40,366 nt of DNA. Source: Utricularia gibba. Taxonomy: Eukaryota; Plantae; Magnoliophyta. The notes under the pieces were generated by a model. The model ran no database searches, was not told the origin of the DNA, and was given only the letters and a program-made list of their open reading frames with translations. Of the stretch, positions 26,001 to 36,804 are shown in pieces. How positions within the stretch are numbered: position 1 is the first letter of the stretch; each line of letters begins with the position of its first letter. The translations under genes and the position numbers were made by a program. The DNA lies in assembly GCA_002189035.1 (NCBI GenBank), contig NEEC01000257.1, positions 1-40,366 on the forward strand, given 5' to 3'.

Positions 26001-28366
26001 AACCGGAAAAAGGTCAGCTTAGGCTTGGCCCAAAGTAAGTTGTAGCCCGGCAAAGAAAGTGATGTATTTATTAACGTTCGGTTTTCGGTGTTGCCTACAT
26101 GGTTTTTCAAGGAACAGCTTCTCGTTTTGTGGCGGCCAGTCTCGCTAGGAACTTGGTCCGGGCCCGCGATTCTTTATGGCTCATGAGGACAAAAGGATGC
26201 AAATCGATGAATACAATGTTGCATTTGTTTAAATTGCGATATCACGTGCACCCACATGATTTTTTCAACAACTTACTTTATACTTGAGCAGGCGGTCTTT
26301 GGGTGCACCTGGAACGGGACAAAGGTAAGGTTGGCTTGCACCGAGAGTTAGTTGTAGTCCGGCAAATAAAGTGATGTATTTATTATCGTTCGGTTTTCGG
26401 GGCTGCCTACATGGTTTTTCAAGGAACCGCTTCTCGTTTTGTGGCGGCCAGTCTCGCTGGGAACTTGGTCCTTGACCCGATTCTGTATGGCTCATGAGGT
26501 CAACTGGATGCAAATCGATTAAAAAAAAGATCCATTTGTTTAAATTATGATGTCACGTGCACCCCACATGATTTTTTCAACAACTTACTTTATACTTGAG
26601 AAGGCGGTCTTGGGTGCACTTGGAACCGGAAAAAGATCAGCTTAGGCTTGGCCCAAAGTAAGTTGTAGCCCGGCAAAGAAAGTGATGTATTTATTAACGT
26701 TCGGTTTTCGGTGTTGCCTACATGGTTTTTCAAGGAACAGCTTCTCGTTTTGTGGCGGCCAGTCTCGCTAGGAACTTGGTCCGGGCCCGCGATTCTTTAT
26801 GGCTCATGAGGACAAAAGGATGCAAATCGATGAATACAATGTTGCATTTGTTTAAATTGCGATATCACGTGCACCCCACATGATTTTTTCAACTTACTTT
26901 ATACTTGAGCAGGCGGTCTTTGGGTGCACCTGGAACGGGACAAAGGTAAGGTTTGGCTTGCACCGAGAGTTAGTTGTAGTCCGGCAAATAAAGTGATGTA
27001 TTTATTATCGTTCGGTTTCGGGGGCTGCCTACATGGTTTTTCAAGGAACCGCTTCTCGTTTTGTGGCGGCCAGTCTCGCTGGGAACTTGGTCCCCCGATT
27101 CTGTATGGCTCATGAGGTCAACTGGATGCAAATCGATTAAAAAAATGATGCATTTGTTTAAATTACGATGTCACGTGCACCCACATGATTTTTTAACAAC
27201 TTACTTTATACTGAGGAGGCGGTCTTGGGGGGCACTTGGAACCGGAAAAGATCAGCTTAGGCCTGGCCCAAAGTAAGTTGTAGCCGGCAAAGAAAGTGAT
27301 GTATTTATTAACGTTCGGTTTTCGGTGTTGCCTACATGGTTTTTCAAGGAACAGCTTCTCGTTTTGTGGCGCCAAAAAAATATGGCTCATGAGGTCAACT
27401 GGATGCAAATCGATCATTTGTTTAAATTATGATGTCACGTGCACCCCACATGATTTTTAACAACTTACTTTATACTTGAGAGGCGGTCTTGGGGGCACTT
27501 GGAACGGAAAAGGTCAGCTTAGGCCTTGGCCCAAGTAAGTTGTAGCCCGGCAAAGAAAGTGATGTATTTATTAACGTTCGGTTTTCGGTGTTGCCTACAT
27601 GGTTTTTCAAGGAACAGCTTCTCGTTTTGTGGCGGCCAGTCTCGCTAGGAACTTGGTCCGGGCCCGCGATTCTTTATGGCTCATGAGGACAAAAGGATGC
27701 AAATCGATGAATACAATGTTGCATTTGTTTAAATTGCGATATCACGTGCACCCCACATGATTTTTTCAACAACTTACTTTATACTTGAAGGCGGTCTTTG
27801 GGTGCACCTGGAACGGGACAAAGGTAAGGTTTGGCTTGCAGAGAGTTAGTTGTAGTCCGGCAAATAAAGTGATGTATTTATTATCGTTCGGTTTTCGGGG
27901 GCTGCCTACATGGTTTTTCAAGGAACCGCTTCTCGTTTTTGGCGGCCAGTCTCGCTGGGAACTTGGTCCTTGACCCCGATTCTGTATGGCTCATGAGGTC
28001 AACTGGATGCAAATCGATTAAAAAAAATGATCCATTTGTTTAAATTATGATGTCACGTGCACCCCACATGATTTTTTCAACAACTTACTTTATACTTGAG
28101 AAGGCGGTCTTTGGGTGCACTTGGAACCGGAAAAAGATCAGCTTAGGCCTTGGCCCAAAGTAAGTTGTAGCCCGGCAAAGAAAGTGATGTATTTATTAAC
28201 GTTCGGTTTTCGGTGTTGCCTACATGGTTTTTCAAGGAACAGCTTCTCGTTTTGTGGCGGCCAGTCTCGCTAGGAACTTGGTCCGGCCCGCGATTCTTTA
28301 TGGCTCATGAGGACAAAAGGATGCAAATCGATGAATACAATGTTGCATTTGTTTAAATTGCGATAT
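20019..28366 (+). repeat. Five-monomer higher-order repeat block (B*-H-A''-B-A, ~1.50-1.56 kb): five full copies plus one truncated B*-A'' copy
   Basis: Full HOR copies start at 20019, 21581, 23769, 25316 and 26866 (lengths 1562, 1561, 1547, 1550, 1501). The truncated copy spans 23142-23768. Each full copy has a hybrid H in position 2 and the AAGGTCAGC marker in position 3. Confidence 0.9.
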
Positions 28367-31300
28367 CACGTGCACCCACATGATTTTTCAACAACTTACT
28401 TTATACTTGAGCAGGCGGTCTTTGGGTGCACCTGGAACGGGACAAAGGTAAGGTTTGGCTTGCACCGAGAGTTAGTTGTAGTCCGGCAAATAAAGTGATG
28501 TATTTATTATCGTTCGGTTTTCGGGGGCTGCCTACATGGTTTTTCAAGGAACCGCTTCTCGTTTGTGGCGGCCAGTCTCGCTGGGAACTTGGTCCTTGAC
28601 CCCGATTCTGTATGGCTCATGAGGTCAACTGGATGCAAATCGATTAAAAAAAATGATCCATTTGTTTAAATTATGATGTCACGTGCACCCCATGATTTTT
28701 TCAACAACTTACTTTATACTTGAGAAGGCGGTCTTTGGGTGCACTTGGAACCGGAAAAAGATCAGCTTAGGCCTTGGCCAAAGTAAGTTGTAGCCCGGCA
28801 AAGAAAGTGATGTATTTATTAACGTTCGGTTTTCGGTGTTGCCTACATGGTTTTTCAAGGAACAGCTTCTCGTTTTGTGGCGGCCAGTCTCGCTAGGAAC
28901 TTGGTCCGGGCCCGATTCTTTATGGCTCATGAGGACAAAAGGATGCAAATCGATGAATACAATGTTGCATTTGTTTAAATTGCGATATCACGTGCACCCC
29001 ACATGATTTTTTCAACAACTTACTTTATACTTGAGCAGGCGGTCTTTGGGTGCACCTGGAACGGGACAAAGGTAAGGTTTGGCTTGCACCGAGAGTTAGT
29101 TGTAGTCCGGCAAATAAAGTGATGTATTTATTATCGTTCGGTTTTCGGGGGCTGCCTACATGGTTTTTCAAGGAACCGCTTCTCGTTTTGTGGCGGCCAG
29201 TCTCGCTGGGAACTTGGTCCTTGACCCCGATTCTGTATGGCTCATGAGGTCAACTGGATGCAAATCGATTAAAAAAAAATGATCCATTTGTTTAAATTAT
29301 GATGTCACGTGCACCCACATGATTTTTTCAACAACTTACTTTATACTTGAGAGGCGGTCTTTGGGTGCACTTGGAACCGGAAAAAGATCAGCTTAGGCCT
29401 TGGCCCAAAGTAAGTTGTAGCCCGGCAAAGAAAGTGATGTATTTATTAACGTTCGGTTTTCGGTGTTGCCTACATGGTTTTTCAAGGAACAGCTTCTCGT
29501 TTTTGGCGGCCAGTCTCGCTAGGAACTTGGTCCGGGCCCGCGATTCTTTATGGCTCATGAGGACAAAAGGATGCAAATCGATGAATACAATGTTGCATTT
29601 GTTTAAATTGCGATATCACGTGCACCCCACATGATTTTTTCAACAACTTACTTTATACTTGAGCAGGCGGTCTTTGGGTGCACCTGGAACGGGACAAAGG
29701 TAAGGTTTGGCTTGCACGAGAGTTAGTTGTAGTCCGGCAAATAAAGTGATGTATTTATTATCGTTCGGTTTTCGGGGGCTGCCTACATGGTTTTTCAAGG
29801 AACCGCTTCTCGTTTTGTGGCGGCCAGTCTCGCTGGGAACTTGGTCCTTGACCCCGATTCTGTATGGCTCATGAGGTCAACTGGATGCAAATCGATTAAA
29901 AAAAATGATCCATTTGTTTAAATTATGATGTCACGTGCACCCCACATGATTTTTTCAACAACTTACTTTATACTTGAGAAGGCGGTCTTGGGTGCACTTG
30001 GAACCGGAAAAAGATCAGCTTAGGCCTTGGCCCAAAGTAAGTTGTAGCCCGGCAAAGAAAGTGATGTATTTATTAACGTTCGGTTTTCGGTGTTGCCTAC
30101 ATGGTTTTTCAAGGAACAGCTTCTCGTTTTGTGGCGGCCAGTCTCGCTAGGAACTTGGTCCGGCCCGCGATTCTTTATGGCTCATGAGGACAAAAGGATG
30201 CAAATCGATGAATACAATGTTGCATTTGTTTAAATTGCGATATCACGTGCACCCCACATGATTTTTTCAACAACTTACTTTATACTTGAGCAGGCGGTCT
30301 TTGGGTGCACCTGGAACGGACAAAGGTAAGGTTTGGCTTGCACCGAGAGTTAGTTGTAGTCCGGCAAATAAAGTGATGTATTTATTATCGTTCGGTTTTC
30401 GGGGGCTGCCTACATGGTTTTTCAAGAACCGCTTCTCGTTTTGTGGCGGCCAGTCTCGCTGGGAACTTGGTCCTTGACCCCGATTCTGTATGGCTCATGA
30501 GGTCAACTGGATGCAAATCGATTAAAAAAAATGATCCATTTGTTTAAATTATGATGTCACGTGCACCCCACATGATTTTTTCAACAACTTACTTTATACT
30601 TGAGAAGGCGGTCTTTGGGTGCACTTGGAACCGGAAAAAGATCAGCTTAGGCCTTGGCCCAAAGTAAGTTGTAGCCCGGCAAAGAAAGTGATGTATTTAT
30701 TAACGTTCGGTTTTCGGTGTTGCCTACATGGTTTTTCAAGGAACAGCTTCTCGTTTTGTGGCGGCCAGTCTCGCTAGGAACTTGGTCCGGCCCGCGATTC
30801 TTTATGGCTCATGAGGACAAAAGGATGCAAATCGATGAATACAATGTTGCATTTGTTTAAATTGCGATATCACGTGCACCCCACATGATTTTTTCAACAA
30901 CTTACTTTATACTTGAGCAGGCGGTCTTTGGGTGCACCTGGAACGGGACAAAGGTAAGGTTTGGCTTGCACCGAGAGTTAGTTGTAGTCCGGCAAATAAA
31001 GTGATGTATTTATTATCGTTCGGTTTTCGGGGGCTGCCTACATGGTTTTTCAAGGAACCGCTTCTCGTTTTGTGGCGGCCAGTCTCGCTGGGAACTTGGT
31101 CCTTGACCCCGATTCTGTATGGCTCATGAGGTCAACTGGATGCAAATCGATTAAAAAAAATGATCCATTTGTTTAAATTATGATGTCACGTGCACCCCAC
31201 ATGATTTTTTCAACAACTTACTTTATACTTGAGAAGGCGGTCTTGGGTGCACTTGGAACCGGAAAAAGATCAGCTTAGGCCTTGGCCCAAAGTAAGTTGT

Positions 31301-33995
31301 AGCCCGGCAAAGAAAGTGATGTATTTATTAACGTTCGGTTTTCGGTGTTGCCTACATGGTTTTTCAAGGAACAGCTTCTCGTTTTGTGGCGGCCAGTCTC
31401 GCTAGGAACTTGGTCCGGGCCCGCGATTCTTTATGGCTCATGAGGACAAAAGGATGCAAATCGATGAATACAATGTTTTTGTTTAAATTGCGATATCACG
31501 TGCACCCCACATGATTTTTTCAACAACTTACTTTATACTTGAGCAGGCGGTCTTTGGTGCACCTGGAACGGGACAAAGGTAAGGTTTGGCTTGCACGAGA
31601 GTTAGTTGTAGTCCGGCAAATAAAGTGATGTATTTATTATCGTTCGGTTTTCGGGGCTGCCTACATGGTTTTTCAGGAACCGCTTCTCGTTTGTGGCGGC
31701 CAGTCTCGCTGGGAACTTGGTCCTTGACCCCGATTCTGTATGGCTCATGAGGTCAACTGGATGCAAATCGATTAAAAAAAATGATCCATTTGTTTAAATT
31801 ATGATGTCACGTGCACCCCACATGATTTTTTCAACAACTTACTTTATACTTGAGAAGGCGGTCTTGGGTGCACTTGGAACCGGAAAAAGATCAGCTTAGG
31901 CCTTGGCCCAAAGTAAGTTGTAGCCCGGCAAAGAAAGTGATGTATTTATTAACGTTCGGTTTTCGGTGTTGCCTACATGGTTTTTCAAGGAACAGCTTCT
32001 CGTTTTGTGGCGGCCAGTCTCGCTAGGAACTTGGTCCGGCCCGCGATTCTTTATGGCTCATGAGGACAAAAGGATGCAAATCGATGAATACAATGTTGCA
32101 TTTGTTTAAATTGCGATATCACGTGCACCCACATGATTTTTTCAACAACTTACTTTATACTTGAGCAGGCGGTCTTTGGGTGCACCTGGAACGGGACAAA
32201 GGTAAGGTTTGGCTTGCACCGAGAGTTAGTTGTAGTCCGGCAAATAAAGTGATGTATTTATTATCGTTCGGTTTTCGGGGGCTGCCTACATGGTTTTTCA
32301 AGGAACCGCTTCTCGTTTGTGGCGGCCAGTCTCGCTGGGAACTTGGTCCTTGACCCCGATTCTGTATGGCTCATGAGGTCAACTGGATGCAAATCGATTA
32401 AAAAAAATGATCATTTGTTTAAATTATGATGTCACGTGCACCCCACATGATTTTTTCAACAACTTACTTTATACTTGAGAAGGCGGTCTTGGGTGCACTT
32501 GGAACCGGAAAAAGATCAGCTTAGGCCTTGGCCAAAGTAAGTTGTAGCCCGGCAAAGAAAGTGATGTATTTATTAACGTTCGGTTTTTCGGTGTTGCCTA
32601 CATGGTTTTTCAAGGAACAGCTTCTCGTTTTGTGGCGGCCAGTCTCGCTAGGAACTTGGTCCGGCCCGCGATTCTTTATGGCTCATGAGGACAAAAGGAT
32701 GCAAATCGATGAATACAATGTTGCATTTGTTTAAATTGCGATATCACGTGCACCCACATGATTTTTTCAACAACTTACTTTATACTTGAGCAGGCGGTCT
32801 TTGGGTGCACCTGGAACGGACAAAGGTAAGGTTTGGCTTGCACCGAGAGTTAGTTGTAGTCCGGCAAATAAAGTGATGTATTTATTATCGTTCGGTTTTC
32901 GGGGGCTGCCTACATGGTTTTTCAAGGAACCGCTTCTCGTTTTGTGGCGGCCAGTCTCGCTGGGAACTTGGTCCTTGACCCCGATTCTGTATGGCTCATG
33001 AGGTCAACTGGATGCAAATCGATTAAAAAAAATGATCCATTTGTTTAAATTATGATGTCACGTGCACCCCACATGATTTTTTCAACAACTTACTTTATAC
33101 TTGAGAAGGCGGTCTTTGGGTGCACTTGGAACCGGAAAAAGATCAGCTTAGGCCTTGGCCCAAAGTAAGTTGTAGCCCGGCAAAGAAAGTGATGTATTTA
33201 TTAACGTTCGGTTTTCGGTGTTGCCTACATGGTTTTTCAAGGAACAGCTTCTCGTTTTGTGGCGGCCAGTCTCGCTAGGAACTTGGTCCGGGCCCGCGAT
33301 TCTTTATGGCTCATGAGGACAAAAGGATGCAAATCGATGAATACAATGTTGCATTTGTTTAAATTGCGATATCACGTGCACCCACATGATTTTTTCAACA
33401 ACTTACTTTATACTTGAGCAGGCGGTCTTGGGTGCACTGGAACGGGACAAAGGTAAGGTTTGGCTTGCATCGAGAGTTAGTTGTAGTCCGGCAAATAAAG
33501 TGATGTATTTATTATCGTTCGGTTTTCGGGGGCTGCCTACATGGTTTTTCAAGGAACCGCTTCTCGTTTGTGGCGGCCAGTCTCGCTGGGAACTTGGTCC
33601 TTGACCCCGATTCTGTATGGCTCATGAGGTCAACTGGATGCAAATCGATTAAAAAAATGATCCATTTGTTTAAATTATGATGTCACGTGCACCCCACATG
33701 ATTTTTTCAACAACTTACTTTATACTTGAGAAGGCGGTCTTTGGGGCACTTGGAACCGGAAAAAGATCAGCTTAGGCCTTGGCCCAAAGTAAGTTGTAGC
33801 CCGGCAAAGAAAGTGATGTATTTATTAACGTTCGGTTTTCGGTGTTGCCTACATGGTTTTTCAAGGAACAGCTTCTCGTTTTGTGGCGGCCAGTCTCGCT
33901 AGGAACTTGGTCCGGGCCGCGATTCTTTATGGCTCATGAGGACAAAAGGATGCAAATCGATGAATACAATGTTGCATTTGTTTAAATTGCGATAT

Positions 33996-34311
33996 CACGT
34001 GCACCCCACATGATTTTTTCAACAACTTACTTTATACTTGAGCAGGCGGTCTTTGGGTGCACCTGGAACGGGACAAAGGTAAGGTTTGGCTTGCACCGAG
34101 AGTTAGTTGTAGTCCGGCAAATAAAGTGATGTATTTATTATCGTTCGGTTTTCGGGGGCTGCCTACATGGTTTTTCAAGGAACCGCTTCTCGTTTTGTGG
34201 CGGCCAGTCTCGCTGGGAACTTGGTCCTTGACCCCGATTCTGTATGGCTCATGAGGTCAACTGGATGCAAATCGATTAAAAAAAATGATCCATTTGTTTA
34301 AATTATGATGT
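33996..34311 (+). repeat. Representative clean type-B monomer (316 bp)
   Basis: Head diagnostics: GAGCAGGCGG, CACCTGGAACGGGACAAAGGTAAGGTTTGGCTTGCACCGAGAGTTAG. Tail diagnostics: AACCGC, CTGGGAAC, CCTTGACCCCG, GAGGTCAACTGG, GATTAAAAAAAATGATCCATTTG, TTATGATGT. About 40 differences from A by manual alignment (~87% identity). Confidence 0.97.
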
Positions 34312-34625
34312 CACGTGCACCCCACATGATTTTTTCAACAACTTACTTTATACTTGAGAAGGCGGTCTTTGGGTGCACTTGGAACCGGAAAAAGATCAGC
34401 TTAGGCCTTGGCCCAAAGTAAGTTGTAGCCCGGCAAAGAAAGTGATGTATTTATTAACGTTCGGTTTTCGGTGTTGCCTACATGGTTTTTCAAGGAACAG
34501 CTTCTCGTTTTGTGGCGGCCAGTCTCGCTAGGAACTTGGTCCGGGCCCGCGATTCTTTATGGCTCATGAGGACAAAAGGATGCAAATCGATGAATACAAT
34601 GTTGCATTTGTTTAAATTGCGATAT
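34312..34625 (+). repeat. Representative clean type-A monomer (314 bp)
   Basis: Head diagnostics: GAGAAGGCGG, CACTTGGAACCGGAAAAAGATCAGCTTAGGCCTTGGCCCAAAGTAAG. Tail diagnostics: AACAGC, CTAGGAAC, CCGGGCCCGCG, GAGGACAAAAGG, GATGAATACAATGTTGCATTTG, TTGCGATAT. Hand count gives 140/314 G+C (~45%). Confidence 0.97.
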
Positions 34626-35250
34626 CACGTGCACCCCACATGATTTTTTAACAACTTACTTTATACTTGAGCAGGCGGTCTTTGGGTGCACCTGGAACGG
34701 GACAAAGGTAAGGTTTGGCTTGCACGAGAGTTAGTTGTAGTCCGGCAAATAAAGTGATGTATTTATTATCGTTCGGTTTTCGGGGGCTGCCTACATGGTT
34801 TTTCAAGGAACCGCTTCTCGTTTGTGGCGGCCAGTCTCGCTGGGAACTTGGTCCTTGACCCGATTCTGTATGGCTCATGAGGTCAACTGGATGCAAATCG
34901 ATTAAAAAAAATGATCCATTTGTTTAAATTATGATGTCACGTGCACCCCACATGATTTTTTCAACAACTTACTTTATACTTGAGAAGGCGGTCTTTGGGT
35001 GCACTTGGAACCGGAAAAAGATCAGCTTAGGCCTTGGCCCAAAGTAAGTTGTAGCCCGGCAAAGAAAGTGATGTATTTATTAACGTTCGGTTTTCGTGTT
35101 GCCTACATGGTTTTTCAAGGAACAGCTTCTCGTTTTGTGGCGGCCAGTCTCGCTAGGAACTTGGTCCGGGCCCGCGATTCTTTATGGCTCATGAGGACAA
35201 AAGGATGCAAATCGATGAATACAATGTTGCATTTGTTTAAATTGCGATAT

Positions 35251-36804
35251 CACGTGCACCCCACATGATTTTTTCAACAACTTACTTTATACTTGAGCAG
35301 GCGGTCTTTGGGGCACCTGGAACGGGACAAAGGTAAGGTTTGGCTTGCACGAGAGTTAGTTGTAGTCCGGCAAATAAAGTGATGTATTTATTATCGTTCG
35401 GTTTTCGGGGGCTGCCTACATGGTTTTTCAAGGAACCGCTTCTCGTTTTGTGGCGGCCAGTCTCGCTGGGAACTTGGTCCTTGACCCCGATTCTGTATGG
35501 CTCATGAGGTCAACTGGATGCAAATCGATTAAAAAATGATGCATTTGTTTAAATTACGATGTCACGTGCACCCCACATGATTTTTTCAACAACTACTTTA
35601 TACTGAGAGGCGGTCTTGGGGGGCACTTGGAACCGGAAAAGATCAGCTTAGGCCTGGCCCAAAGTAAGTTGTAGCCCGGCAAAGAAAGTGATGTATTTAT
35701 TAACGTTCGGTTTTCGGTGTTGCCTACATGGTTTTTCAAGGAACAGCTTCTCGTTTTGTGGCGGCCAGTCTCGCTGGGAACTTGGTCCTTGACCCGATTC
35801 TGTATGGCTCATGAGGTCAACTGGATGCAAATCGATTAAAAAAAAATGATGCATTTGTTTAAATTATGATGTCACGTGCACCCCACATGATTTTTTTAAC
35901 AACATACTTTATAGAGGCGGTCTTGGGGGGCACTTGGAACCGGAAAAGGTCAGCTTAGGCCTTGGCCCAAAGTAAGTTGTAGCCCGGCAAAGAAAGTGAT
36001 GTATTTATTAACGTTCGGTTTTCGGTGTTGCCTACATGGTTTTTCAAGGAACAGCTTCTCGTTTTGTGGCGGCCAGTCTCGCTAGGAACTTGGTCCGGGC
36101 CCGCGATTCTTTATGGCTCATGAGGACAAAAGGATGCAAATCGATGAATACAATGTTGCATTTGTTTAAATTGCGATATCACGTGCACCCCACATGATTT
36201 TTTCAACAACTTACTTTATACTTGAGCAGGCGGTCTTTGGGTGCACCTGGAACGGGACAAAGGTAGGTTGGCTTGCACCGAGAGTTAGTTGTAGTCAAAT
36301 AAAGTGATGTATTTATTATCGTTCGGTTTTCGGGGGCTGCCTACATGGTTTTTCAAGGAACCGCTTCTCGTTTTGTGGCGGCCAGTCTCGCTGGGAACTT
36401 GGTCCTTGACCCCGATTCTGTATGGCTCATGAGGTCAACTGGATGCAAATCGATTAAAAAAAATGATCCATTTGTTTAAATTATGATGTCACGTGCACCC
36501 CACATGATTTTTTTTCAACAACTTACTTTATACTTGAGAAGGCGGTCTTTGGGTGCACTTGGAACCGGAAAAAGATCAGCTTAGGCCTTGGCCCAAAGTA
36601 AGTTGTAGCCCGGCAAAGAAAGTGATGTATTTATTAACGTTCGGTTTTCGGTGTTGCCTACATGGTTTTTCAAGGAACAGCTTCTCGTTTTGTGGCGGCC
36701 AGTCTCGCTAGGAACTTGGTCCGGCCCGCGATTCTTTATGGCTCATGAGGACAAAAGGATGCAAATCGATGAATACAATGTTGCATTTGTTTAAATTGCG
36801 ATAT
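35251..36804 (+). repeat. Isolated copy of the five-monomer HOR (B*-H-A''-B-A)
   Basis: B*35251 ends GATGCATTTG...TTACGATG. H35563 has an A head with AACAGC followed by CTGGGAAC...GAGGTCAACTGG. A''35873 has AAGGTCAGC. Then B36180 and A36490. Confidence 0.88.

Larger units (their letters stand above)
28367..35250 (+). repeat. Homogeneous alternating B-A dimer domain (11 dimers)
   Basis: 22 monomers in 6884 bp (mean ~313 bp), all with canonical heads and tails. This is the longest clean stretch of the window. Confidence 0.94.

Noticed and set aside
34144-34158. CENP-B-box-like TTCG...CGGG in B (TTCGGTTTTCGGGGG)
   Set aside because: The spacing between TTCG and CGGG is 5 nt, whereas the box (NTTCGNNNNANNCGGGN) needs 7 with a central A. 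A has CGGT. I found no match on the reverse strand either.
34312-34625. A still smaller (~60-80 bp) sub-repeat suggested by two GTGCAC sites 59 bp apart
   Set aside because: The sequences flanking the two sites do not align (CACGTGCACCCCACA vs GGGTGCACTTGGAAC), and I saw no further periodic anchor.
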